A stretch of DNA of 64,000 bases from Clostridia bacterium (lineage in GTDB: Bacteria; Bacillota; Clostridia; CAKSNL01; HGM11501), in NCBI GenBank assembly GCA_045123995.1, contig JBGVKY010000014.1, forward strand, positions 201,860 to 265,859. Direction: 5' to 3'. Positions within the stretch are counted from its first letter, which is position 1; every line of letters starts with the position of its first letter. The position numbers and the translations under genes are program-made. Shown in pieces: positions 8,822 through 17,070 of this stretch. The notes beneath the pieces were generated by a model. It saw only the letters and a list, made by a program, of their open reading frames with translations. It searched no databases and was not told the origin of the DNA.

Positions 8822-8892
8822 TTTAAGACCGTCCTTTTTTTAATAACATATAAATTTTATCATATTTTCTTTATTTAAGCAACAAAAAAATC

Positions 8893-8921
8893 TTGATATG
8901 AGCACTTTTTTGTATTATAAT
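8893..8921 (+). promoter_or_regulatory. Sigma-A-type promoter for murT-gatD
   Basis: TTGATA (8893-8898), 17-nt spacer, TATAAT (8916-8921). Confidence 0.4.
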
Positions 8922-8947
8922 TAAATGTATAGTTAAAATAGATTGGT

Positions 8948-10270
8948 GTGGTAAAAATAGATAGGTTTGTTATATATGTATGTAAAGTGATTTCTCTTAT
9001 ATGTACCATTCTGGGCGGAGGAAGTGCTCTTCCCGGTAAAATTGCTCTTAAAATCCGCCCCTCTATACTTAAAAAGGCGGCAGAGGGCTATAAGGTTATT
9101 ATGGTAACAGGTACCAACGGAAAAACTACTACCAGTGCTCTTATAACGGGAACTTTACGTCATGCAGGATTGAGGGTTGTAAGTAACAGTCAGGGTGCAA
9201 ATATGATAGACGGAATAGTTACTTGCTTTATAAAAAATTACAAAAAAGGTGAAGTTGCCGTAATCGAATGTGATGAAGCTTACACGAGGGTTGTAAACCG
9301 CTATATAAAGCCTGAATTTATGGTTATAACAAATGTTTTCAAAGACCAGATGGACCGTTTCGGTGAGGTTTCCTACACATGGGGCAAGATAAAGGACGCA
9401 ATAAAACTCTCTCCTGAAACTACCCTTGTATTCAACGGAGATTTACCTCTTTTCAGGAAAAATGAGTTTCCTAACCCTTCATATTATTTCGGTTTTAATG
9501 AGGGAAAGGCTGATACAGGGGTTAATACCGAACCCGCATACTGCGATGAATGCGGAGAAAAATATAAGTATAATTATATTACCGCCAAAAATCTTGGGGA
9601 CTACTATTGTCCTTCCTGCGGCGCTAAAAGACCTCACTGTGCCTTTAGACTTGACTCAGTAGAAGAAATAAATTCGGAAAGCTCCAGGGTTTTGATAAAC
9701 GGAATTTCTGTTTCCTTATCTGTGGCGGGTATATATAATATATATAACGCTCTGGCTGCTTTTTCCGTAGCTTCCTTAATGGGGATTGATTCTCTTATAA
9801 TCAAACAGGGCATTGAAAGACAACAAAGCTGCTTTGGACGTGATGAAGTGGTTAAAGTGGGCTCTGCCGAGCTTCAGATTTCGCTGGTTAAAAACCCTAC
9901 CGGCTGTGATCTATGCATAGATACAGTTTCTCTCTATAAGGAAAAGTGCAATCTTTTAGTTATCTTAAATGATAACTGGGGAGACGGAAAGGATGTTTCC
10001 TGGGTTTGGGAAGCCTCCTTTGAAAAGCTTTTAACCATGGACTTTGACAAAGTTATAGTCGGCGGAACAAGATATATGGACATGGCGGTAAGGCTTAAAT
10101 ACGCTTCCTTTCCTAAAGAAAAAATGGTGCTTTGTGAAACTGAAGAGGAGATAATAAAGGCTGTAAAAGAATCATGTCACAAGGTGTTTGGTCTTTGCAC
10201 TTATACGGGCATGACATCTTTGAGAAAGACCTTGCACTCTAAGGGATTTATAAAAGATTTGTGGAAATAA
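8948..10270 (+). CDS. murT: Lipid II isoglutaminyl synthase, Mur-ligase subunit
   Basis: GTNGKTTT P-loop, Cys4 ribbon CDECGEKY..CPSCG, and C-terminal DGKDVSWVW (DUF1727-type). GTG start at 8948, and start choice is uncertain. Confidence 0.85.
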   Translation: MVKIDRFVIYVCKVISLICTILGGGSALPGKIALKIRPSILKKAAEGYKVIMVTGTNGKTTTSALITGTLRHAGLRVVSNSQGANMIDGIVTCFIKNYKKGEVAVIECDEAYTRVVNRYIKPEFMVITNVFKDQMDRFGEVSYTWGKIKDAIKLSPETTLVFNGDLPLFRKNEFPNPSYYFGFNEGKADTGVNTEPAYCDECGEKYKYNYITAKNLGDYYCPSCGAKRPHCAFRLDSVEEINSESSRVLINGISVSLSVAGIYNIYNALAAFSVASLMGIDSLIIKQGIERQQSCFGRDEVVKVGSAELQISLVKNPTGCDLCIDTVSLYKEKCNLLVILNDNWGDGKDVSWVWEASFEKLLTMDFDKVIVGGTRYMDMAVRLKYASFPKEKMVLCETEEEIIKAVKESCHKVFGLCTYTGMTSLRKTLHSKGFIKDLWK

Positions 10271-10280
10271 GAGGGATTTT

Positions 10281-10991
10281 ATGGAACTTGAAATAGCATA
10301 TCTTTATCATGACCTTTTAAATACCTACGGGGACGAAGGAAATATAAAGATACTTAAAAAAAGGGCAGAAAGCCGTGGTATAAAGGTTAATACAGAAAGA
10401 ATATCCGTTGGTGACAGCATAAAATCAGCGGACATACTCTTTATCGGCGGAGGCCAGGATAAGGAACAAAAAATTGCCGCAGAGGATCTCATTAAAAATA
10501 AAAAAGACTTCTTGGAAGGCTACTTAAAAGACGGAGGTTCTGGTCTTTTTGTCAGCAGCGGTTTTGAGATAATGGGAGATTATTTCTTTGATGAAGCAGA
10601 AAATAAAATAAAGGGAGCATCAATTCTTCCCATTCATACAGAGTTTGGCGGTGAAAGAAGGACAGGGAATATCTTTGTCAGAAGCTCCCTTGAAACATTA
10701 GTGGGTTTTGAGAATCACGGCGGAAGAATCTATCTTGATGGCGGAGAATCTTTGGGTGAAGTGATTTTGGGATTCGGCAACAACGTAAGAGATAAAACCG
10801 AGGGCTGTGTATATAAAAACTTCTGGGGGACCAATATGCACGGACCGCTTTTATCCAAAAATCCCGCTTTTGCGGACAATATCATAAGAAGTGCCATGAT
10901 AAGAAAATATGGCTCATTTGTTTTAGAGCCGCTTGACGATTCGTTGGAACTTTTGGCAAAGAAGAAAATTACAGAAAGATTTATTAGGTGA
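10281..10991 (+). CDS. gatD: Lipid II isoglutaminyl synthase, glutamine amidotransferase subunit (nucleophile position is Ser, not Cys)
   Basis: CobB/CobQ-like GATase colinear with GatD (FIGGGQDKEQ, VGFENHGGR, GTNMHGPLLSKN), immediately downstream of murT. The expected CGG(Y/F)Q motif reads SSGFE (codons at 10554-10568). Confidence 0.85.
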   Translation: MELEIAYLYHDLLNTYGDEGNIKILKKRAESRGIKVNTERISVGDSIKSADILFIGGGQDKEQKIAAEDLIKNKKDFLEGYLKDGGSGLFVSSGFEIMGDYFFDEAENKIKGASILPIHTEFGGERRTGNIFVRSSLETLVGFENHGGRIYLDGGESLGEVILGFGNNVRDKTEGCVYKNFWGTNMHGPLLSKNPAFADNIIRSAMIRKYGSFVLEPLDDSLELLAKKKITERFIR

Positions 10992-11946
10992 TTAAGGATA
11001 AAAATCTTCTTAGTATAATTTTTACCGAGGCGAAGACGGGAACTCCGAAAATCATTCCAAATACACCGAAAAAGGACGAGCCCAAATAAATGGCGATAAA
11101 GGCAGAAGCAGGGGAAATATCCACGCTTTCGCCTTTTATTTTTGGGGAAATTATGGTGTTTTCCAAAATCTGAGATAATAGTATGCCCAAAAAGGCTAAA
11201 AAGGCGGAAAAGGGAGAGGTTAAATAAGCCGCTGCAACAATAGGTATTCCGCCTAAAAATGGGCCTACTGTTGGTATAAGGCAGAAAATCCCATAAATTA
11301 AAGAAAGTACAATTGCAGAATCAACCTTTAAAATTAAAAGTAAAACAAAAGTGATGGCAGAAAGAAATAAGGAAACCGTAAGCTGACCTATAAAAAAACT
11401 TTTGAAAGTCTGGTCAATTTCTCTTATAGCAGGAATAAGCTTTTCCTTGAGAGGGGTGGGAATAATAGAAGTCAGGGCTTCTTTTAATGAATCAATATCC
11501 CGTAGAAAAAAACAGGAAAGGACAATGGCAAAGGCAGAAGAGATTAAAAAAGAAAAAGTTCCTGATAAAAAAGATGCAATATCCTCTGCTTTTTCGGAAA
11601 GGTAGGAATAAATGTTTTTTTCCGAGAAGGTCAGGGAGGGAAACTTTTCAAATACAGCCGAAGTTAAAGAGGGGAGCTTTTTAATTATATTTTCTATTCC
11701 CGATAAAGTGGAAGGCAGAATGAAATAAATCAAAAGAGACAGAGCACCTATGATTATTACGTAGAATAAAATTGCTGCTAGAATTTCAGGCATTCTTTTA
11801 GATAAGGTTTTTACAAAAGGATTGGCAATATATGTTAAAATCAAGGCCGCTAAAATTGGCGTAAAAACCGTTTTTAATTTATCTCCGTAGAAAAATATTA
11901 AAGCACCCAGTGCTAAAACGAAAGGAAAAATAAAAGATTTTTTCAT
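10984..11946 (-). CDS. AI-2E family transporter (PerM/YtvI-like)
   Basis: 320 aa with ~8 TM segments. The C-terminal GGIPIVAAAY...GVFGMIFGVPVFA pattern is typical of AI-2E/UPF0118. The 3' end overlaps gatD by 8 nt (convergent). Confidence 0.8.
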   Translation of the reverse strand: MKKSFIFPFVLALGALIFFYGDKLKTVFTPILAALILTYIANPFVKTLSKRMPEILAAILFYVIIIGALSLLIYFILPSTLSGIENIIKKLPSLTSAVFEKFPSLTFSEKNIYSYLSEKAEDIASFLSGTFSFLISSAFAIVLSCFFLRDIDSLKEALTSIIPTPLKEKLIPAIREIDQTFKSFFIGQLTVSLFLSAITFVLLLILKVDSAIVLSLIYGIFCLIPTVGPFLGGIPIVAAAYLTSPFSAFLAFLGILLSQILENTIISPKIKGESVDISPASAFIAIYLGSSFFGVFGMIFGVPVFASVKIILRRFLSLIT

Positions 11947-11983
11947 AAAATATCCCCTTTATGTAGCGGGCAAAAGCCCGCTT

Positions 11984-12160
11984 TTAAAACATATCTGCAA
12001 AAGATTCCATGGCAGTACCTATTGCTTTGGCAACATTTCTGCTTTTTTTGCGGATACATCTTTTCTTTTTGCCGGAAATGGGGTCAAGTAAGACAAATGC
12101 AACCATTCCTAAAACTGCACCTGCCGCCATTCCGGTAGAAAATTTAACTGATTTCATCAT
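11984..12160 (-). CDS. Small membrane protein, 58 aa (not in ORF track)
   Basis: AGGAG RBS 6 nt upstream of ATGATG at 12160, with ATGA overlap onto the upstream stop. Translation MMKSVKFSTGMAAGAVLGMVAFVLLDPISGKKKRCIRKKSRNVAKAIGTAMESFADMF has one TM helix and a basic amphipathic tail. TAA at 11984-11986. Confidence 0.5.
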   Translation of the reverse strand: MMKSVKFSTGMAAGAVLGMVAFVLLDPISGKKKRCIRKKSRNVAKAIGTAMESFADMF

Positions 12161-12675
12161 AGTAACTCCTTATGGCTTATGGCTTTCAGGCCTTTTAATC
12201 TGGGTGTAACAGAGGGATTTTCTGCCTTTAATATTCCGTTTTCTTCATTTAACGAGGTAAGGCGTAAAATCTTTCTTCCGTTAATGATATCGTCTGCAAT
12301 ACTTCCGCCGATTAAAAGCTCTGTAAGAGAACCCATTTCCATGTCGAAATATCCGTCTTTAACGGTTCCGATATTAACACTCTTGCTACCAGAAACTGTT
12401 CTTTTCCCAATCATTTCCTTGAAACTTAAAACTTCAGCTTTAGGATTTTTAATAAATTTGGAGCCGGGACCCACAACGGACACTTCGCGGGTTCCAAAAT
12501 AAATTATATCCTTTGGAGAAAACAGTCGGTTTTGGTAAATAAGACTTCTGTTTTTTGCCACGATTCCGAAAATTTCGGTGGAATTTTCTTTTATAAAAAC
12601 ATCTGAAACGACTCCGAGTTTTCTCCCTGAAGGGTACTGAATAACAGGTGTATTTAGAAGCGAATAATAATTCAA
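12157..12675 (-). CDS. PRC-barrel domain protein (YlmC/YmxH-like, two repeats)
   Basis: SGRKLGVVSDVFIKENSTEIFGIV and IGTVKDGYFDMEMGSLTELLI resemble PRC-barrel sporulation proteins. TTG start at 12675, and the start is uncertain. Confidence 0.7.
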   Translation of the reverse strand: MNYYSLLNTPVIQYPSGRKLGVVSDVFIKENSTEIFGIVAKNRSLIYQNRLFSPKDIIYFGTREVSVVGPGSKFIKNPKAEVLSFKEMIGKRTVSGSKSVNIGTVKDGYFDMEMGSLTELLIGGSIADDIINGRKILRLTSLNEENGILKAENPSVTPRLKGLKAISHKELL

Positions 12676-12781
12676 CTTAACGGCACCGTCCTTTTTTTAT
12701 TGCTCAAGTGAGCATTCATATTATGGACGGATTTTTTATGGGGTATACTTGTAAATGAAAGGATAACTTTAAAAAATATGT

Positions 12782-12814
12782 AGGGGACGTAAAAATATGT
12801 TCTTTACATCCCCT
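12782..12814. terminator. Hairpin with terminator character on both strands
   Basis: AGGGGACGTAAA (12782-12793) / TTTACATCCCCT (12803-12814) with a 9-nt loop. The stem has one C.A mismatch on the + strand, which becomes a G.U pair on the - strand. TTTTT follows on + and ACATATTTTTT follows on -. Confidence 0.45.
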
Positions 12815-12815
12815 T
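12803..12815. repeat. Copy 1 of a 13-nt direct repeat TTTACATCCCCTT
   Basis: Identical 13-mer is also found at 13058-13070. This copy forms the 3' arm (+ sense) of the hairpin above. Confidence 0.6.
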
Positions 12816-12843
12816 TTTGGGGGATAGGGAAAAAAGTTTCAGA

Positions 12844-12933
12844 ACGGACAAAGCTGAGCTGACAAAGCCTATATGGCTTTGTCAGGTTACCCGAAGGCGT
12901 ACAAAGGTACGTCGAGAGGCGAAGTTTGTTCGT
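12844..12933. ncRNA. Candidate structured RNA element (three-way junction), strand and function unknown
   Basis: P1 ACGGACAAA (12844-52) / TTTGTTCGT (12925-33). P2 is a perfect 11-bp hairpin CTGACAAAGCC (12859-69) / GGCTTTGTCAG (12875-85) with loop TATAT. P3 is CGTAC (12898-902) / GTACG (12907-11). No credible ORF. Confidence 0.3.
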
Positions 12934-13057
12934 AGCAAAAAGGCTTAAACTCTAAAAAACAAATGAAATGAGCTTTTTAGTTAAAGTCAGGAAGTCTTAA
13001 GTTTTATAGACTACCTTCATCTTGTTTTATTATCTACTTTTTGCATTCTGGACTTTT

Positions 13058-13070
13058 TTTACATCCCCTT
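13058..13070. repeat. Copy 2 of the 13-nt direct repeat TTTACATCCCCTT
   Basis: Identical to 12803-12815. Lies 14 nt downstream of the spoVT stop. Confidence 0.6.
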
Positions 13071-13083
13071 ATAAAAATATTTT

Positions 13084-13626
13084 TTATAATTCCATTTGCT
13101 TTCCTAAAAATCCTGCGGCAGATTCTGCCAATTTTTCATCAACTTCCTTGACTTCTTTTTGTCCGTCGTCAATGAGTATAACAGAGCCGATAGGATCTCC
13201 TTCGGAAATAATGGGCATAACAACTCCGGCAGAATATTTGTCTATGCCGTCTGCGATTTCGCAGCGTTTAATCTGACCGGGCTTTAACACGAAACTGGTA
13301 CGCTCTGAGATTAACTGTTCAAGCTCACGGCTCAATCTCTTTTCTGCCAGCTCCTTTTTGGGAACGCCGTAAACAGCGATTATATTGTCCTTGTCAGTTA
13401 TGCAGACACTTCTGCCTGCGGTCTTACCTAATGTTTCGGCGTAGTCTGCCGCAAAGGCACCAAGCTCTCCTATGGGAGAGTATTTTTTGAAAATCACTTC
13501 ACCTTGTGAATTGGTATAAATTTCCAAAGGGTCGCCCTCGCGTATTTTTAAAGTTCTTCTTATTTCTTTTGGAATAACTACTCTGCCCAAATCGTCAATT
13601 CTTCTTACAATTCCTGTTGCTTTCAT
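13084..13626 (-). CDS. spoVT: Stage V sporulation protein T (AbrB/SpoVT-type regulator)
   Basis: MKATGIVRRIDDLGRVVIPKEIRRTLKIREGDPLEIY is the SpoVT/AbrB swapped-hairpin N-terminus, followed by a GAF-like C-terminal domain. 180 aa. ATG at 13626 with an AGGAG RBS. Confidence 0.9.
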   Translation of the reverse strand: MKATGIVRRIDDLGRVVIPKEIRRTLKIREGDPLEIYTNSQGEVIFKKYSPIGELGAFAADYAETLGKTAGRSVCITDKDNIIAVYGVPKKELAEKRLSRELEQLISERTSFVLKPGQIKRCEIADGIDKYSAGVVMPIISEGDPIGSVILIDDGQKEVKEVDEKLAESAAGFLGKQMEL

Positions 13627-13632
13627 ATATAG

Positions 13633-13685
13633 AAACTCCTTTTCTGCTAATATTACGTTTCTTATTGTTAGCAAAAAAGGAGTTT
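13633..13685 (-). promoter_or_regulatory. Inverted repeat with 18-bp arms enclosing the spoVT Shine-Dalgarno
   Basis: AAACTCCTTTTCTGCTAA (13633-50) pairs with TTAGCAAAAAAGGAGTTT (13668-85) at 17/18 positions, with a 17-nt loop. In the - sense RNA the 3' arm contains the AAGGAG RBS, 6 nt before the ATG. Confidence 0.4.
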
Positions 13686-13718
13686 TTATGTAATTATTTT
13701 CTGGAATATAGTGGTTTT

Positions 13719-16052
13719 TTATTTTAATGTTTTTATATAAGAAAGCATTAAAGTAAGATATTCATCTTCTGCTTTTTTATAGGATATAGATTTGATTTTC
13801 TTTTCGGGATGAGGGTTTTCAAAGGGGAAATCAAATGTGGAGATTGTTTCTCCCAAATCATTTTTTCCAAAGGTTACAGGGTCTAAAGTCCATGTTCCCA
13901 TATAACCCATGTGATGATATAAATGCTCACGTCTGGGAGCTCCGTAGAGGGTTTTGTAGGATAAAATGTTTTTGCCGTACTCTATGGGGAGTTTTACTTT
14001 AGTTCCGTCCTCGTAATGTATTATATAATCTCCCACCATATAGCCTCTCTCCCAAGCTCTTCTCATACGGGGATAAATTGTTGCATGATTGAAAATAATT
14101 CTCTTTGCAAAGTCGTCAATTTTTATTTCTGTATCATCTATAGCGTTGGGGGTTGAAAACTCTTTCAAGTCCTTGGGAATTTCCTTTTCTGTCTTTTCAG
14201 GGAAATAAGTTTTTTCCGCATTAAGGACTTCTACGCCTCTGAGCTTGTCACGCATGACTTTCTGGATGGAGGTAATAAAGCTGTTATAGATAAAACGGTT
14301 ATGCTCATCATAGTCTTCTGTATTTGTGAGCATCTGTGACAAATACATGACATCATAAAATTTTCCATGCAGGGAATAAAGGTCTTCGTTGGTGGCAACC
14401 CAGGTGGAAAGCTGCCCTCCGCACATATCTTCCTTGCCCATTCTTCCTTTAAAGTTTCTGTAATGGGAGGAATATAAGTTACCAACCAAAACATTAAAGC
14501 CTTTACCTAAAACCTCGTCCTCGTTTTCACTTGAGTGATAGAAATACCATCTGAAATCAAGGAAAAGAATGTCTTTCGGTATTTTGTTTATGGCTTCGTT
14601 AGCATAATCTTTGGCGATTTTTACGGGATGAACCATGTCAGACCACATCATAACTTTAAGTCCTCTTTTTGTGATGTAGTCATAAAGTCTGTTTATGTGC
14701 ATGGCCAGAAGGTCGGATAAATCCTTGCCCTTGCACTTTTCGCAAAGACCCATCTGGTAAACTTCGTCATGGCCGATGTGTACATATTCTCTAGGTGATA
14801 CAACTTCCAATATTTCGTCAATCAAATCGAAAATTATTTCATAGCTTTTTTCGTTTGAGGGGCAATAGCTGTGAGGGTACATGGGTGTTTCCTCAAGCGG
14901 ATCAACTTCTGCAATTTCAGGATGAGCGTAGGTTATATACTGAACGTGTGAAAGGCTCTGAATTTCAGGAACAAAGTTAAAGCCCAAGTCTTTTATAAAA
15001 GAAATCAAATCTTTTACATCGTCTTTTTCTAAAAGATGTCCATCTGCTCCCATTTTTGCATGGGGGAAAGGAGGCTGGAGTCCCCTGCGGGCATTTTCGC
15101 AGCCCGTTTCCCAGGCTTCGCTTATTTCAGGATGTTTTGAAAAACGCATACCGCCTGCAAATTCCATTATAATCATATTGTATCTTAAAGGAAGAAGTAC
15201 ATAGCGGAAAAGATTTTTAGCAAAGGTAAAGTTTTCTTTGCTGGGAAGCCCCATATGAAAGCCTCTTATTTTCTGGGACGGTGTATCGTCAAGGTGGAAT
15301 TTACGAAGAGAATTTCCGCAGCCCAGAACTTTTATAACCACATAAGCTCCGCTTAAAAGAGTGAGTCTTTCAGATGCGATTATTCTTATTTCTTCGTCAT
15401 TTGCATAAACCACACATCTTTCGCCTTCGTAATCAGAAGATGTGTTTTTTTCGATAATAAGATTTACGCCGTTTTCATTATTTATTTTGCCCGAAAGCTC
15501 TTCAACTAAAAACTGTTTTGTAAAAAGAGAATCGGCATCATCAGAAGGGGTTATGATTTCATTGATATTAACGAAACCTTCATCGAAGGTTAAATTCTTG
15601 GGATAAGGATAAACCAAAGGCTCATCGGGATTTACTATGCCCCAGAAATTAACGTCTTCTATAGAAAGTGTTTTAAATCCAGGGAATGAATTTGCATTGG
15701 TTAAAGGATAAATTCTCAAGGTAAGTCTATCTGTTTCTTCAGTGACGGGAACTAAAATTTCGTTTTCAATAAGATGGTCGCGGGCCATATTATAAAGGGA
15801 GTATGCACCTACAACCTTATTGTCAATTATGGCTTCTATTTTGCTTATAGAGTCCGGTTCTGCTTTAAGGGATACTGCACCTATAAAGCTTTTTTCTGAA
15901 AGTTCGTAATTTATGTCAAGTACGGAGTCGAAAATGTAATCCCATTTCCATATAGCTTTTTCGTCAATAGTTTCAGAGGGTGGAAAAGGAAGGTTTGTGT
16001 CTATATGGGTATATGTTACCTTTTTGATATTTTCTATAAGTCCGGCTTTCAT
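13719..16052 (-). CDS. Glycoside hydrolase, GH20-like (beta-N-acetylhexosaminidase family)
   Basis: 777 aa. A TIM-barrel region with IRGFHMGLP...NMIIMEF and HIGHDEV matches the GH20 H-x-G-x-D-E catalytic motif. Confidence 0.6.
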   Translation of the reverse strand: MKAGLIENIKKVTYTHIDTNLPFPPSETIDEKAIWKWDYIFDSVLDINYELSEKSFIGAVSLKAEPDSISKIEAIIDNKVVGAYSLYNMARDHLIENEILVPVTEETDRLTLRIYPLTNANSFPGFKTLSIEDVNFWGIVNPDEPLVYPYPKNLTFDEGFVNINEIITPSDDADSLFTKQFLVEELSGKINNENGVNLIIEKNTSSDYEGERCVVYANDEEIRIIASERLTLLSGAYVVIKVLGCGNSLRKFHLDDTPSQKIRGFHMGLPSKENFTFAKNLFRYVLLPLRYNMIIMEFAGGMRFSKHPEISEAWETGCENARRGLQPPFPHAKMGADGHLLEKDDVKDLISFIKDLGFNFVPEIQSLSHVQYITYAHPEIAEVDPLEETPMYPHSYCPSNEKSYEIIFDLIDEILEVVSPREYVHIGHDEVYQMGLCEKCKGKDLSDLLAMHINRLYDYITKRGLKVMMWSDMVHPVKIAKDYANEAINKIPKDILFLDFRWYFYHSSENEDEVLGKGFNVLVGNLYSSHYRNFKGRMGKEDMCGGQLSTWVATNEDLYSLHGKFYDVMYLSQMLTNTEDYDEHNRFIYNSFITSIQKVMRDKLRGVEVLNAEKTYFPEKTEKEIPKDLKEFSTPNAIDDTEIKIDDFAKRIIFNHATIYPRMRRAWERGYMVGDYIIHYEDGTKVKLPIEYGKNILSYKTLYGAPRREHLYHHMGYMGTWTLDPVTFGKNDLGETISTFDFPFENPHPEKKIKSISYKKAEDEYLTLMLSYIKTLK

Positions 16053-16064
16053 AATATAACCTCC

Positions 16065-16937
16065 TTAAAATATTCCTATTACAATTATTGACAATACACC
16101 TAGTATTAGCCCTGCTATCTGTGCTTTTTTATAACGTTCCTTAAAAAACATAATAGATATTATACAGGTTAAAACCATGCTTCCCATGTGATAAATGGGA
16201 AATTGTATAGTGGCGGGCAAACGGCCTGTCAAAACTGTATTCACGAAGTTAAGAAAAGCGATTAAAAGACCGCCCAGTAAAATGACCCTGTAGTGCTTTT
16301 TTAGGGATTCCTTTTCGGGATTTTTTCTGTCAGTAAGCTTGTAAAATATGTAGGAATATACTGATGCAAGAAAAAGTGTAACACTTAAAAAAACCTTGGT
16401 TTCAAAAGTGAAGGGAGAGTACTGGTGGGTTTTCTGGAGTACTGCAGAAATGCCCGATAAAAACATGGCAGAAAAAGCGGTGAGGATCCATTGGTATTGA
16501 ATTTTTCCTGTCTTTTTCGGATTTAATATTAAATAGAGAGAAAAAAGAAGTATTAAAACACCTAAAATCTGAATTAAAGAGATGGGCTCATCCCAGAGAA
16601 AATAGCCGAATACTATGGGAACTAAAAAACCCAAAGAATATATAAAGCTCGTAAGTGAGGCAGAACCTTTTTCCATGGCCTTTATTTCAAGAAGCTGGGA
16701 GGAAACTAATGTGGCTGAAAGAAAAAAGGAGATTGAAAGTGAAAAGGGAGATATGAAAAAACCGTCTTTTTTTTCTGCCAGGGAGAAAATTCCTAAAATC
16801 AATGATGCTATTAAGAATAATAAAGAGTTGATTTTCGCGGATTTTTTTGCGGAGTTGGCACTTTTGGCAATTTCCTTACACAACACAACCTTACCCACAG
16901 AAAAAAGAATTGATAAAACCAGTAATAAATATGACAT
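16065..16937 (-). CDS. EamA/DMT-family transporter
   Basis: About 10 TM segments in two EamA-like halves. ATG at 16937 preferred (AGGGAAG RBS). Confidence 0.7.
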   Translation of the reverse strand: MSYLLLVLSILFSVGKVVLCKEIAKSANSAKKSAKINSLLFLIASLILGIFSLAEKKDGFFISPFSLSISFFLSATLVSSQLLEIKAMEKGSASLTSFIYSLGFLVPIVFGYFLWDEPISLIQILGVLILLFSLYLILNPKKTGKIQYQWILTAFSAMFLSGISAVLQKTHQYSPFTFETKVFLSVTLFLASVYSYIFYKLTDRKNPEKESLKKHYRVILLGGLLIAFLNFVNTVLTGRLPATIQFPIYHMGSMVLTCIISIMFFKERYKKAQIAGLILGVLSIIVIGIF

Positions 16938-17070
16938 TTCAACACTTCCCTGATTGACAAATTTGTTTTTTTTCAGTATAATTGTTAACATAGGTATATC
17001 ACATAAGGGATTTTAATTATATAACACATAAACAAAAAGTATAACAAATCTATTATTTTTTGGGGTTAGT

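Noticed and set aside
8828-8842. An identical 15-mer ACCGTCCTTTTTTTA lies just upstream (gene sense: TAAAAAAAGGACGGT) of both lnt (8828-8842) and the PRC-barrel gene (12685-12699). It could be a shared regulatory box.
   Set aside because: In 64 kb of AT-rich sequence, one or more chance 15-mer matches are expected, especially ones containing a homopolymer run. It also doubles as an RBS-like AGGA. The evidence is insufficient.
12009-12209. 66-aa + strand ORF from the track.
   Set aside because: It has no RBS. It is antisense to a better-supported 58-aa - strand ORF that has AGGAG and translational coupling. The composition looks like a mirror-frame artefact.
12781-13075. tmRNA-like impression: the + strand starts GGGGACGT (as does B. 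subtilis ssrA), and a complementary ACATCCCC lies ~280 nt downstream.
   Set aside because: There is no GGATTCGAC motif, no T-arm (GGTTCGAnTCC), no G3.U pair, no tag reading frame ending in ..LAA-stop, and no CCA. This is not a tmRNA.
13022-13276. 84-aa + strand ORF overlapping the spoVT 3' end.
   Set aside because: It is antisense to a highly conserved gene, has no RBS, and has low-complexity composition.
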